DNA from: Camelus dromedarius
Taxonomy: Eukaryota
Reading direction: 5' to 3'
Assembly (NCBI RefSeq): GCF_036321535.1
Contig: NC_087436.1
Coordinates: 22,446,001 to 22,510,000 of the forward strand
DNA: 64,000 nt
Below the pieces are notes generated by a model. The model ran no database searches and was not told the DNA's origin. It saw only the letters and a list, made by a program, of their open reading frames with translations. Below are positions 37,858-52,259 of the stretch, in pieces (the stretch's first letter is position 1; each line of letters begins with the position of its first letter). Position numbers and translations under genes: made by a program.

Positions 37858-37924
37858 CTACAATACAATCCAGAGTAAAGATGATCTGTTAAAAACACAA
37901 GTGGACTAGTGAGGGGAAAGAGAG

Positions 37925-38130
37925 GGATTTAATATGTTTCGAGCACTTACTTTTCCACGGGGACTCTATCAGTCACTTAACATGTTTCACATTTAATGCT
38001 CAGAACAATCCTATGGCCAAGGGTTAGCAGCATTTGGTGAGCTGCCCAGGCCCCACAGTGAGGATAAGACAGCCAGGACGTGAGACCAGGCCTGTCTGAT
38101 TAAAGTCCAAGCCCTTCCCACTACACTATG
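37925..38130 (-). mobile_element. MIR fragment
   Basis: gagcacttac...atttaatgctcagaacaatcctatg...ccaggcctgtctgattaaagtcca. Confidence 0.65.
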
Positions 38131-38175
38131 TTCTTGAACTGGTTAGATTCCAAAGCCATATTTAGTGATGGTATC

Positions 38176-39375
38176 TGTGATATTATGATTTATAATAAAG
38201 TATGTATTTGGTCTTCATCTTCATGGCTGGCACTTGGCTCCTAAAACTCTTGGAATTCCCTAAGTTATGACAGCGATACAGGTGTCTGTTATTATGTTAA
38301 TGAGGTGACTTTTGGACCTCACCCAAGGATGGGGACTGGTTCTAGGAGAAACAACCATGTATTAAACGGTTGAAATGTTCAATCCAACCTGTGCCCCTCA
38401 CCTCAAGGGAGGAAAGAGGAATTGGAGGTTGAGTTCAAAAAATCACCAATGATCAATGATTTAATCCATCATGCCCCTAGAAGGTCAGAGTTCGGAGAGC
38501 GTCCAGGTTTGGGGAACATGTGGAGGTGTGGGAGAGTGGTGTGCCTGGAGAGGGCATGGATGTTCTGCACCCCCTGCCTCATATCTTGCCTTATACATCT
38601 CTTCCATCTGGCTGAGTAATAGCTTTTATAATAAATCAATAAACGGGGAATGTTGGAACCTCTGATTCATAGCCAGTTGGTCTGAAGTACAGGTAACAAC
38701 CTGGACTTTTGACTGGCAGCTGAAGGTAAGAGGTGGGGGAGGACTGAGCCCTCAACCTATGGAACTTGACTCTCTGGTTAGATAGTGTCAGAATTGAGTT
38801 GGTAAGCTAGAAAGAGAAAGAAAAACACCATATGAGATCGCTCATATGCGGAATCTAAAAAAAAAATACAAAACAGAAGCAGATTCATAGACACAGAATA
38901 TAAACTTGTGTTTGCCAGGGGGACAGGGGATGGGAAGGGACAGACTGGGATTTCAAAATGTAGAAAAGATAAACAAGATTGTACTGTGTAGCACAGAGAA
39001 ATATATACAGGATCTTGTGGTGGCTCACAGCAAAAGAGAATGTGACAATGAATGCATGTATGTTCATGTGTAACTGAAAAATTGTGCTCTACACTGGAAT
39101 TTGACACAACATTATAAAATGACTATAACTCAAAAAAAAAGATTTGCCTAAAAAAAAATTTTAAAAAATTGTTTATAAAAAAAATAAAAAATAAAAGTTA
39201 AGGCATTGAAGCACATTAGTAAGTAAAAATGTATCAATAACTTCAATAAAAATATGGTACTTAAAAAAAAAAAAGAATTGAGTTGAATTCTTGGAAAGCC
39301 TGCTGGTGTCTGAGAATTGCTTGCTGTTGATGGGGGAACTCCAGCCCTGCACACTGAAACTGAGTGCTCAGAACA
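38176..39375 (+). mobile_element. MER21-like LTR, split by a young L1 insertion
   Basis: tgtgatattatgatttataataa...ctcctaaaactcttggaattcc...; resumes at 39274 with gaattgagttgaatt...gctggtgtctgagaattgcttg. Confidence 0.8.
38802..39273 (+). mobile_element. Young 5'-truncated lineage-specific L1 3' end with extra 3' segment
   Basis: Perfect 12-bp TSD agaattgagttg (38790-38801 and 39274-39285); highly similar to the reverse complement of 61771-62208. Confidence 0.92.
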
Positions 39376-40119
39376 CCAAGAGGATTTCATGCTCAAGTGG
39401 GGTGGAAATTTATCATCTATTGTCATGAGAAGGAAGGCTGAGTGTAAGGACAGATATAAGGGCTGAGAGGTAGACAGATGTCCTGGTGTATGTTCTTGAC
39501 ATTGCTCTGATTTTCTCAGTCGATCAGGACAAAAAGGTCATCAGCAGAGAATGAGACTGGGGAGGAGGTGTTACAGGTGGAAGACAGGAGAATATGTGAA
39601 ATAGCCATCGAGGTATGAGGTACGTAGGAGAGTGAACAGATGGAAGTATTTTAGAAGAGCCTGGCCTGTAGGAAGTTCATGGGCATGAACGGTCAGAAAG
39701 TAAGATCTGTCAACATGTTTGTGTGTGTTTCCTCTGGCCACATTACTATGGACAAAGAACAGGTAGACCTGGAACAGGTAGAGATTCATAGCTGTGTTGC
39801 CAAGCAAGCACAATCAAGAGAGGCAAAGGATTTCAGAGTCTGTGTAAGGAAGTGTAAGGGAGAGGTATCCAGAAAATTCAATTTTCTTTTTTTACTATAG
39901 GACTTCATAAAGGAAGTGTTATTGGAATCATACTTTGAAAAATGGATAGATTTTAGACACAAGAGTAAGGAAAGAAACAACATTCTAGGTGGAGGAAAGA
40001 GCCTGAGCAAGGGCATACACAAACACATGTAGTGTGTATTCAGGGAAAAGTGAGTCATTGATGACAGAGTGAAAGTAGTTGTTGGTAAGAGCAGACAAAA
40101 CTATCACCATCGTATAAAG

Positions 40120-40338
40120 CAGGGATCAGTAAACATCTTCCGTAAAGGGCCAGATAATAAATTTCAGGCTCTTTAAGTCTTGCAGTCTCTGTTACAGCTA
40201 CTTAACTCTACCATTATAACGTGTAAACGGCCACAGACAATGCGTGAATGAATGGGTATGGCCATATTCCAATACAACTTTATGTATCAAAACAGACAGT
40301 TGGTGGATTTGACCATAGGCTACAGTTTGCCAACCCTG
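40120..40338. mobile_element. MER58A-like hAT-Charlie MITE
   Basis: Terminal inverted repeats cagggatcagtaaac / gtttgccaaccctg and internal gtaaagggccagata. Confidence 0.85.
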
Positions 40339-41279
40339 GATACCTATGGAACCCTTAATCAGTCCCAGTTCAAACAGCTGAGAAAGTGGTATCTTTAATG
40401 TCTTAAATCATCCTGTCATTTAAGTGTACCGTCAATTTTTCAGTAATTGTTTTCAAGCTGTTTTCAACTGACACCCATAATATGGAATTTTAAAATAAGA
40501 AATTTCATGAAACACAATCTGGGTTCAATATTAAGGCTAAAAAAAATCCAATATGAACTATGTTACCATGGGTTACTACTGTGATTTTAAAAAATTAATG
40601 CATACAAAAATAAGATCTTAAGTTGGTATAAAATTCTCTTATAAGACCACACAACATGTTATTAGGGCCTGTAAATCTCAATGGTTTATCAAAACAAAAA
40701 TTCAATGACTAGATAAGATGTGTCTTAGTATTTAAAAAATACTATTTCATATAAGGTCTATACATTATGTACATATATATTTTAAATAAAATACTTTAAA
40801 GTTCTTGGGAATACTTAAAATAAGACAAATTGCCTAACTACATTGAAATTAATCCAAAGCAAATCATAACCATTTAAGTATCTATACTGCCAAGGACAAA
40901 GGCAGAGATAAAGTTTGGATATCTTAGTTACCATGACAACTCAAAAGGTATTCATTAAACAGCTGGTATTTACCAAAAACAAATACAGAAACACCTGAGG
41001 TAGTTTATCATCTAAGACAGACAAGGATGATGCATATATGTAGCTAGACAGCATATATAGTTGATGCTCTTACCACCCTTGGATCTCAGTTCTATGTAAC
41101 AATATGTTCACATGCTTTTATTTTAAACCATTTGGTGTGAATGTTGTTGCAAAGCATTTTGTGTGTTTTTGAAAAAGGCTAACTGGTACAATTCTCTAGG
41201 GCAGGGATAATGAATAGCTTCCTCAGAGCAGTCCAGATAGGATACTGAACCTAATGTCCAGGAATAGTCAAGAGATCTG

Positions 41280-44200
41280 TTCCTCTAGCTTAGTTTCCAA
41301 AAACACTTCATTCAAAAACATTGGTGAAAGTGAAGAAATTCTCCCAAACCATAGTACAAAAGGACAAAGAGTTGGAAATTATGAGATAGGGATAGAAATT
41401 CCAACATAGTATCAAAAAGGAACTCCAGAAAGAGGAAAAAGAGCAGGAAAAAATAATCACAAAAATGATAAAAGAAAATTTCACAAAGTTGGAAAAAAAC
41501 CCCACTTTGTCATACTGAAAGGGCATAACAAGAATAAAATGAAAATATGATAATTTAAAATGAAATTTCCTAATGCTAAGATAAAGAAAAACAGGCTATT
41601 AGCTAGCACCCATGGAGTAAAAACAAATTAATAAGGATAAGAATCAGAATGAATCTGATCATGGTACTTACTTATAAGACAACAGAACTAATCCTCAAAG
41701 TCTAAGGGAAAATGAGGTTGAACCTGGAAAGCTATTAGTATTTGAGAGAGAGGACAAAGAACATACTAGACCTTAGCAAATTTAAGATCCACAGAATGTG
41801 AAATAATGTGAAAATGCATTCCAGGAAAATGAAAACTTACCCAAGAAAAAAGAAAGATGTGGGATATAAAAAACTATGGAGCATAAAATATGTAATATTT
41901 ATACTTGGGTATAAATAACTAATGATAACATTTTTTAAGTCTGTTGTTTTTCTCATTCATTCATTTGTTTTGCAAAAATGTGAGATTCTTCTGGTTAGAA
42001 ACCTTATTTATCTTATTTATTGCTGTACCTTCAAAGCATAAAAGTATATGAGGTACATAACAAACACACATTACACGTTTGTTGGATTTTATTCTTCATT
42101 TGTTTACAACTATATGGTCCTCATTCTCACAATTATCAGCTTCTTACCTGTACTTGCCTCTCCCTCCAGCAGGCGTCCCAGGTGGCCACTGCAATACCAT
42201 CCTAAATAGCTAAGGGACTGAAGTTTCCTCCACATTTCATCTTCCTGCTACTTTTATTTTGCCAATTTCAAATTCCAAGCTACAAAATATTACTGGAAAA
42301 AATGTGCCATTATACTTTTTTGAGATGCAACCTTTAATGGGCCTTCTCTACATCTTGCTAATGATTTCTGGTTCTTTTTGACATTCCCCACTGCACTTCT
42401 AAAATCAATTTTATGGAGGTATAATTTCAAGGTAATAAAATATACACATTTTAGGTATGATATGCAGAATTTTGACAGTTGTCAAAACATGATGGAGTGA
42501 CAGAAAACATACCTATAATCACAAAAATTTCTCTCACTTCCCTTTACAGTCACCTTATTCCCAACCTCAACACCAGGCAACTCCTGAACTAGTATGTCCT
42601 TTTCTAAATAGCAATGTGGAAGGACGGTCACAGGTGGGGACTCTATGTGGGAAATGTTCTGGGAAAAGAAGAAGAGGAAGTAAACTCATGCCAAGATTGT
42701 TATTTCATTTGATGAATATGTGACATTCATGATGATTAACTGGACAAATCAAGAGAAAATTTCATGACAGGAAAGAAAACAACCTAGATATATCATAATT
42801 TCCAAACCAAAATATAAAATAAAATGTGGCAAAGAAAACTTAAGCAGAAAACAGAAGGCAGTGGTAGGTATAAAAGAAGAAAATTACAGAAATCACAGTA
42901 AAAAGCACACATTAAAAAGTAATATAGCAGTAGTAAATCTAAACACGCAAGTACATTCAGCCACACGTGCAAAGACTGTGATAAAAACTATATTTGCTTA
43001 CTGAAAAACACTTAGATTGGGTTTTAAAAATAGAGAGGCCAAAAGACAGATTTTTAAATATACCATTTATAAAAAATGGAACAAAAAATAAATGGTAAAA
43101 AAAGCTTGAAAATGAAAGTACAAAAAAAGGCACGCTAAGTAAATATGAGTATAGGAATAATAATACCAGATAATTAGAATTTGAGAAAAGTTCAATTAAA
43201 ATTCTAAGCAATCTAAGGATAATGCACATGGATAAAAGTTACAACCTACAAGAGAACATGACAACCATGAACCTTTATGCTTCTAACCATATAGCTTCCA
43301 ATTATATAGAGAAGAATCTAATAGAAAAAACAAGAAGTTATTAAAGATTTTTAAACATTGCTCACAGATTTAAACATAAGCAAAAATGAGTAGGGCTGTG
43401 TTCTGGGTATGCAAGTTAGCTGCTTCTCAAAAAACAACAGCACAACAACATTGTCTTGTAGCATTTGCCAATTTCTGTCATGTAAATACCCCACCATACT
43501 GATTTCAAGCCATCATGGTTTAACAACTAGTTCACAAAATGCAGGAATATTTAACCACTGGCTCTCATAAGCCAATTAGAGGTGACGCCATCACACCACT
43601 GCCTGTGTTAAATTTTAAAGCACAATGAACAATGTTTTGTGTAGCACATATGTATATTAGGTTAACTATAGATAGATAAAAACATTCTACCCTACAGAAA
43701 ATGGCACATAGAAAATAAACACACAGAATATTCACAAAAGGTTGTTTATAACATAGATCTAAAATGTCTATGTGCTAAAACTAAAATAACATCTCAAAAA
43801 GTTACAAAAATCTGAAATCACACCTGCCATATTTTGTAGTCCCAAGTTAATATCAATATTATTGGATTATTGACTTAAACAATATTGAATTAAAGTAATA
43901 TCAATTAATATTGAATTAAATATTAATAATAAAAATTGAAAAAATCTATCCACTTGTAAGTGTAAAATTATCCTTTTAAATAATGCTGGTATAAAAGAAA
44001 AATCAATTTAAAAATAACACTATTAAAAAACATATTATGGCAAGAGCATAGTCATAGAGAATTTTATAGACTTTCATAGAAAATTAGATTGAAATATTTT
44101 GTTATGCATTAACCTCAAGAATCTATAAAATAATCTTTAAAAAATAAAATAGAATAAAGTGTTACTAAAGATAAAAACAAAAGTTAATAAAGTTAGAAAA

Positions 44201-44870
44201 AGGAAATTAGTGAAACTAAGAGATGGATCTTTGAAAAACAAATCTGATCAAAACTAAAAAGGAAAGAAAGTGCCAAATTATATATATATTAAAATGCAAA
44301 AGGGGCCACTATTAGTATAATTTTTATAAATTTATATGTGCATGAAAGTCAATTTGAACGTTGACTTTCTAAGAAAGTTATCAAAATGGATTCACGAGGA
44401 TGCTGAAAACCTAATTAAATATTAGTCAAAATACATGCATTTTTGATTTCTTTATGAAGGTTTTTACCAGACATTCAGAGAATTTACAAATCCTTATGAT
44501 AATACAGGATTATTCTAATTCATGGGCACCAAAATCTGATATCAAAACTATCTAATGATATGGAACGAAAATTTTATAGTAATCTCTTATATAAACATAG
44601 ATGCTAGTTTCCAAAATATAATTTTAACAAATTTCACCGAGCAGAATGTTAACAGAATAAAATTGAATAGGTAGGTTTATTCTTGAAAAGATGGTCAACA
44701 TCAGGAAGTTTATTAGTGTATTCACTACACTAACAGATTAAAAGAGAAAAGTCATACAGTTGCCTTTGTAGATGGAAAAAATATTTGACAAAATTCAACA
44801 TAAATTCTTAAAACAAAAAAACATTGAAATATTCTCCAACTGATAAAGACTGTCCAAAACAAACCTGCAA
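41280..44870 (+). mobile_element. Highly degenerate ancient L1 (ORF1 and ORF2 5' remnants) with interruptions
   Basis: A-rich strand bias with motifs such as ataaaagaaaatttc, acaaccatgaacctttatgcttctaac, ataaacatagatgc and atttgacaaaattcaaca. Confidence 0.65.
43455..43582 (-). mobile_element. MER63-like hAT relic
   Basis: Minus strand CAGTGGTGTGATGG...GAGAGCCAGTGGTTAAATATTC...ATTTTGTGAACTAGTTGTTAAAC. Confidence 0.65.
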
Positions 44871-44959
44871 GATTCCTACCTGGGGTTATTTTCACTAAGT
44901 AGAGGCACAGAATGAGGAGACACACGCCCAGGGTTGCAAGTTAATCACTGATGCGCTCG

Positions 44960-45310
44960 CAACTAGATGGGTCCTAATCCTAGCTCTCATTTACTCTCTA
45001 GGTGACTTCAAGATGCTGCAAGACCTAAATTCTTTTTTTCCCCCCAAATCAGCAAAATGGAGATGATCATAGAACATACCTCCTATTATTATTGTGAAGA
45101 TTAAATTTTATATTGTGCATGGGGAATAGTAAAGACTCAAAACATCACCTATTACATTGGTATCTCACCAACAGCCTTTGAGAAACGTATGGCAGGCATC
45201 ATTATCATCAGCCTCATTTCACAAATGAAGAAAGTAAAACTCAGAGAAGTTAAGTCATTTGCCCAACATGACACACGATAAGGAACATAACTGGAGTTTA
45301 GTCCTGGTTC
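44960..45310. mobile_element. Two adjacent MIR fragments, opposite orientation
   Basis: aaaatggagatgatcatagaacatacctc (plus); catttcacaaatgaagaaagtaaaactcagagaagttaagtcatttgcccaa (minus). Confidence 0.75.
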
Positions 45311-46689
45311 TTTCATTCACTAACACATTCATCAAATAGTTATTGAGCCCCTACTTTGTGTCAATCATTCTTCTTCTAAAGACACAGCACTGAACAAACA
45401 AACAAGCAAAAACCAAGAAGGCAGGAAACAACTAAAGGAGCAATTATAAAGTATGACTGACAGTGAACTCCATTACTGTAGAGAATAATAAATACAGTAT
45501 GTGTGAAACGCACCTCTATTTTACAAAGATGGACTAGAAAGACCTTACTAACAAAGTGACAATAAATACAAAGGGAACCAGAGACCCATTGTCTTCACCA
45601 TCTAGTTCTGTTTCCCACCGTTTACTGAGCATCCTCCGTGTGCCTGGCATTAGGGTTACAAAGATGAATAAGCACAGCACGTGTCCTTGAAGAGACTACA
45701 GAAATGCACACATACCTTTGTGGGAGCACAGACTTGGCTTAACAAACTTTGATACTGTAATAATTGCTTTACTAAATCATATTCTCACCTTTATGTATTC
45801 TCACCTTTATGCAAACACATAAGAAATGTTTAATTAAAACCAATGCTTTCTATATTTGTCGTTGTACTGCTACTACAAAGCAAAAAGTCTAAGAGCATAA
45901 AAGACTGAACTCTCAGTGCCAGTCACCACCTTATCTACGGAACTCAGCTTAGTTGCCTTGAAGCTGCTTTGCTAGCAGAAAACTGCTACAAACTGCCTCT
46001 TTGCCATAAAAAGCAGAGACATGCTTTGCTGGCTTTGCTTAGTTCGAGGTCATAGATTCAGGGCTGCTTGTGCTTATGGAAAACAGTAACTTGTCCCTTG
46101 CCCTAACTGGCAGGACATGCTTCACTCATCAGGCGCAGGTGGACAGTGCAGGCTGCCCTTGCTCACAGAAGACTGACTCAGCCCTTAGCTGGGAACAGCG
46201 GGGCTGCTTTGCGTGCTTAGACGATTTCTGATCATTGTATGGAGACTCTGTGGTGGTCTGGGTTTTCATTATCAACTATTCTGAACACTGTAACCTTGCT
46301 CACGACTGTTTGAGGCTTAAAATAATTGTTTGTACTATCAATATTGTAACCTTCTCTCTAAATTTAAATTAAGATTATAATGTTTCTGTTTTTCACAAAC
46401 TGAAACTGCTGACCTGCATCCTTGCATGTATATCATGCCCCTGACGTATTTCACTTTTGACTCTTTGTTTGACTATTCTCAATAAATACAAGAGCTTTTC
46501 AGGAGCTTGGGTAGTCAGTCTCCAGCTCCCTCTCACTCTTGTGACCTGATAAAGTCTTGAGTAATTTCGTTCTTCTGCGGTGGGACTTTTGCTGGACAAA
46601 ATCCATGACGAGCAGAACCCACATACTTTCATTGTAATATTGTAAATGCTAAACCAGTTTGGGTACCACAGATGTGTAGGTAGAGAAAG

Positions 46690-47520
46690 CATCCTTGAGG
46701 AGATGACAAAAATAGATTACCTTAGAGAATGATTAAAGTCAGCCAACCTACAAAAGGAGAAAAGGGCTTTCCAGGTAGAGGGAAAATAATGGGGAGAGGC
46801 ACAGAGGCATGAAACACTGTGACGCATTTGGGTAAATGCCAAGCACTTCAATTTTACCAGCACATCGAGCTGGAGAAAGTGAGTCACCATGGTATGGTCA
46901 ATGACAAATGGGTTAAGTCATGGACAGCCTTGATTGACAGGAGAACTTACTGTCCCCTGTATTCATGGGTGCAATGGCACAATCAAATTCTCATTTAATT
47001 TAGATCATCTAGACCACTCTGCAGAGAATATATTTAAAGGAAACAAGACTGAAGATAAGAAAATGAGTCAAATAGTATTACAGTAGGTAATTCACATAAG
47101 GGCCTATACTGAAGAAGTAGTAGTAGGAACTGAAAAGTGGTAATAGCGTTACTTATTGGAGTAATATTTCCCTGCAAAATGGGCAGGTCTTGGTGGTGGT
47201 CTGGGTATCTAAAGCAAGGCAGGAAGAAGAGTCTAGCTAGAATGTCTCACAGGCTTTATGGTTTGGAATGTCAGGGTAGAGGGGCCACTAATCGAGACTG
47301 GACACAAGATGGGGCTGGTATGAGGGGGCAGTGACTCACCCAGTGTTGGACATGTTAAGTTTGGGAGGCTGGTGGGATATCAAAGAAAATGGTCTAGCAG
47401 ACAGATGAGTATGGAAATTAGAAACTCAAGACATGGCAGAGCTAAAAATATAACACATTGGCTTAAAACCATGCGTTCAGAAGAGATCAGAAGCAAGTAA
47501 GAGAAAACTTCAGTGAGAAA
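46690..47520 (-). mobile_element. L2 fragment
   Basis: ttccaggtagagggaaaa...agaggcatgaaa and ttggacatgttaagtttggga motifs. Confidence 0.65.
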
Positions 47521-47785
47521 AGGGAAGAATAACAATCTTTAACCTTTCTTCCAATAATGGCTTCAGTGAAAGGCTTCTAATTGCTTCGGGTTATTGGTCA
47601 CCACTAACACAATCACACAGCAAGCAATTACAGCCCTCTCGTGGACTTAGCACACATCCTTGAATGGAGGAAGCACATTCTGGCAATTTGAACATTTCTG
47701 AAAAAGGGTCACATCTTATCAAAGATCTCTGTTCTCATCTCCTGAAAGCTGTTAGAAAAAAGACTGTGCTTCTTAAAGAAAAGGA

Positions 47786-48188
47786 TGGCGTTTCAGGGCA
47801 AGTTCTCTGGGAAGGAGACTCTGAGACGGATTTATGTGTGGTATGTCTATTGGACAATGTCTTCAGCATCACTCCCTTTGGGGGAAGGGAAGGGAAAATG
47901 AGGCCATTCGTTATGCAGGCACTATCTGCGCTCCATGGAGCTCTGAAGCTAGGATGGCCCTCTGGAGTTGTCCAAGCTGGAGAAAAGAGTGCCTTTGTAA
48001 CACTTCCCTCCTTGCAAAGAACACCAGACAGAGGCACATGTCCCTGGAGAGTGGGCATGACCTTGGGCAAGAGAGTGTCTCCCAGAGTCGACTGTCCAAT
48101 GAAGACTAGCAGGGAGCACTCCCAGCAGTCAAAATAGCAAATTCTTCATTCCTGAAGGAGAATAAGGCCATACATGGTATCCACTGCA
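47786..48188 (-). mobile_element. ERVL LTR (LTR16-like)
   Basis: ttctctgggaaggagactctgagacgga...tctattgg at one end and cttcattcctgaagga...atccactgca at the other. Confidence 0.65.
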
Positions 48189-48516
48189 AACGATATTTAA
48201 GAATGAAGGAAATATGGCATTTTTACCTCAATATGATTTGATCTTAACATGATCATGAAATATTAAACATAAATATTCCAAGGAACAGCCCACTTCAAAA
48301 TCCATTTTAGTAAACGTTTAGGTCACCTGGAATCCTACCCTATTTATTAGCACAAAGCAGAGAAAGAAAATTACTCCTGAAAATTAAAAAAAAAAAAATT
48401 TATATAAGATCAAAAAAGACATTCACTGCAAAACTCCTAGGGATTTTTTGAAAAATTATTTGGCAGTGAAAGAGTAGAGACTAAAGATTAGGAGCAAATT
48501 TATGGAGCACTGAGAA

Positions 48517-49520
48517 TGAGGTAGGTTTACCATGGAATCGGTGGAGCTTCTGCTCTGCCCCTAACTCACATTGCCCATAGTGAGGAAGCAGCAGCCCAGC
48601 CCTTTAGTAGGGGCATGGGGGGTGACCCCAGCCTGGTGGTCAGTTCTACCTCCTAGCTGTCACCCCAGGTTTTCAGCAGATGCTGCTGGCAGGCAGGCTG
48701 CCAACGCTCCCCTCAATCTATCTGGACTCCAATGACAATCTAACCCCAGGAGACCTCACAGAGAATCTGGACCTCATCTGTGGTTCTAAGAATGTGACAC
48801 CAAGCCTGATGTCTTGATGCCTCAGGGCCACTGTGTCCCCAGGCTCTCTGCTACTTTACACAGATGCTTTATTTAGATACGTGTTGATGTGCATTTTCCC
48901 TCTTCTCACAAGGGTGGGGATGGGGAGTCAGCAGGGAGCAGAGAGGACCTGGACAGGCTGGACACACTGTGAAGGCACTGGCCCATCTGAGATCGTGCCA
49001 AGTGAAACCCAAACGTTGGACTTTCTGAGGCTCCCCTCCAAACAAGAGGGACTGCCTGAGCACGCAGCCCTGGAGGAAGTTAAAAATGGGGGTACTTCCA
49101 GTTACGTGTTCTGAAGGTAAATGAATACTACCTAAACCATCAGTAGTGAAAAACAAATTTCAATCTGTTTTGCTAGAGGAAAGAGTAACTTCTCTTCCTA
49201 GTCTCTCTATAGAAAGTATTAAAAAATCATTCTCATAGCAAAGAGGAAATCTGAGTGTGTGCAGACAAAAATTTGCATTTTTGGAAATAAATGTATATAA
49301 AGATGAGCCAGGAAGTTTAATTATGATGATAATGCTTTGTGATGCTTGTGGTATTTTTCAGTTTTTTGGTATTTGTAATTTGTGATTTCTTTTCCCACTC
49401 TAAGTAAATATCTGCCAAAAAGTTCTAATTGATTTTGTACTTATAATTTGGTATTCTTTTGCTTAAAGAGGGTCCCAGACGCTATAAAATCTTGAGGCCC
49501 CATAAACCTGGATTCCCCCA
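48517..49520 (+). mobile_element. hAT (Tip100-like) DNA transposon relic
   Basis: Ends gaggtaggtttacc / aggccccataaacctggattcccc. 49150-49215 resembles a decayed hAT transposase C-terminal motif (KNKF...LEER...SLSIE). Confidence 0.5.
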
Positions 49521-52259
49521 TTTCTAATGTGCTAATACTCGTCCAAGCACTTAATCAGATAAATTTATGAGGTAGACACTGACATTACCACACTTTGCAG
49601 ATGAGGAAGTTGAGGACAAAGACTTTGAGGAACTGGCCTTCAGTGACTCATGGGAGACAAGGCAGTGTCAAGGTTTGAACCTGCCATCTCACTTCTTGAG
49701 CCAATGCTCTTTAAACCCCATGCTGTTCTGAAACAGGCAATTTAAAGATCGTTTTGATGCACTTTGACATGCATCCTCTCATTTCTCATTCAACATTTAA
49801 CCAAGTCCCCTCTTAGTTAAGGGAATGTGCGAGGTACTGGTTAACAGCAGGCAGATTTGAGACAGCTCCTAGCCCCGAGCATAAAGACTCACGGGGAGAC
49901 TCAAGTTGCTTTAATAGAAAGTATAACAAAAATACAAAGGTATTAAAAATCACTATGAATAAATAAAGTAGAAATAATGAATTAAACATTCTGATCTGCC
50001 AAGTGGAAGAGTGTGAATAATGATATGTGAACATCTGATAAATCTTTCCTTCATTCGTGGAACATAGGAAAGCTAATGCTAAAATACTCTATTACTTTAG
50101 CTCAAGATAGTGGATATACTGGGGACAGCAAAATTTTAAAAGTTTCATTTCAAGGCTAATTAATGGATGCTTCCTGAGTACCTATGATGTGACTGGCATT
50201 TTGATAGGTATTTGGTGATCAAGTTGAGAAGAACCAAATTTTATAAGTGGAAAGAATAACAGAGATCCTATAATCTACTCCTGTTTCCACGAGGAAGCTG
50301 AAGCGAAAAGATACTGGCATATTAACCAAGAGCCATCTCTTTCCAGAAGCCTTTCCCGAAATGACCACAGTTGGATATCATTTTCCCTTTGTCTAAACCC
50401 AGCTCAGAACATTGTTGCTCTTCTTCAGTTCTTTTTCTTTAGTTGGGTATTTGTTTTATACAAATTGAGCACTTTCCCCCTCCTTTTCTTAGTGATCAGT
50501 GACACATTTAACATCTAAAAGCTATGTACTCCCTCCTCAGAAAAATGCCCATAAGCACATATCCAAAAATGTAGATAAAAATCATTTGAAGCAAAAGCAT
50601 TAAATCCTGTAGAGGTCTCAGGACCCCTTTCTTCTAAATTGTTGGTGCCATAAAATGATGTTTTTTAATGCATTCCCATAACACATGAATAAAACACATT
50701 TATCTGTGTATCTTCTATAGCACCTAATATTGTAATCAACAGGATAGAAGCTTAATAAATGTCCCCTGATTTGAATTACCCAAGAATGGAGGAGCAGCCA
50801 ACAGGAGACACAGAACCAGACTTGCAACTCCCTGCCTGGTTATGTCTCATGCTATTTCATAATTTCCCTTTTTAAAAAAGACATAATTATTGCCATTGTG
50901 GGTTAGTTTTACAGTGTAAGTAAAATAAACATTAAACTACAAACTCAGTATAACTACTTGGATATGACTATACATGCAATAAAAATTCATGTTTAGGAGA
51001 GGACAGTACTTGTAACATAGATAGCACTCAATAAATATTCGTGTTGTGATTGTGAATACATGAATATATGCATAATAAAGAAGACTGGATAAAGGCTGTT
51101 GTAAATGGAGAAGGCTTTTGGATGGGGTGGCAACTGAGGTTAGTACTGAAGAGTCAATATAATTTGAGTTGGAAGAAGGAAGATATTCCAGCTAATATAG
51201 ACCCAGCATAAATCATACCATCCGACTACGACAAAACTTAAGACGAGCCACCAATGGGAAAGTAACAAAGGAAGTCAGAGGAAATACATCTGCATAGATG
51301 GGTTGGAGCAGGATTGCATGTGACCTTCAAAGTTAAGGTGAGGAATCAGATATAATTTTCTGGGCAATGGGATACAACTTTAGATTCTTAGATAGTGATG
51401 TTATTTAACAATTTATAGGAATTAGTCAGCAATTCAATCCACACTTGAAGAGGAAAAAAAAAAATCACACACCATTTTTTTAATATCATCCAGTATAACA
51501 CTCAGACAAGTTGTTTACCTATTAGGCAAACTAGTGCCCTAAGCTGATAGACAGTCTTTCTACTTTCATAAATAAGTTTTTGTCTCCTGGTCAACAGCAG
51601 TCATACTTTTTATAGGAAAAGAGACACTGTTGATTATTCAGGAGTGAGAATTTGTAGTTGACTGCATGCTGAACCCACATGTTCACCATTAGATGGGTAA
51701 GTATCTGACTAGGTCATAATTAGTTGAGATCCCAGCATAACATTTCCCAGCCTCCCCAGCACTCCCAATAGGCGGTTCCACCTGGGTTGTGGCCTTCTTT
51801 GTTACTGTGGCTTCCCTAAGTCCATATATATAACTTGCTTTAGCTAGTATTCATAGCGTTTCTGTATTTTGACTGGCCTGCTAAAGCTGGCCTTTATTCA
51901 GTCTCCCTCCAGATCCATTCACAGCATATTGGGGTTCTAGCCCCCTTTAGAATTCTATTAATAAAACTGAAAAGTGAGCAATGCTTTTTTCCCCCAGAAA
52001 TTCTGTCCCCTCACCAAGCCTAAAGCCTTACTCTTATTCTTCTCTTCAGCATCACCTTCTTCACCGGCAAACAACTATTATTCCAGTGACTGAATGTGAA
52101 AATAAACTCAAGAATGTTGTCCTAATATATAGATCAGATAAAAGTGAGCCAGAAGTTATTAAATAACTTGTGCCAGGTTCCCACATTGTTTCTAAGACAT
52201 CACAGTGTCTCTTAGCACTCCCTAACTGTCCCGGCAGCTTTCTAATGTTGGCTTTCCAT

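Noticed and set aside
47664..48137. Longest ORF in the track (157 aa)
   Set aside because: It lies mostly within an LTR16-like element and has no recognisable protein similarity.
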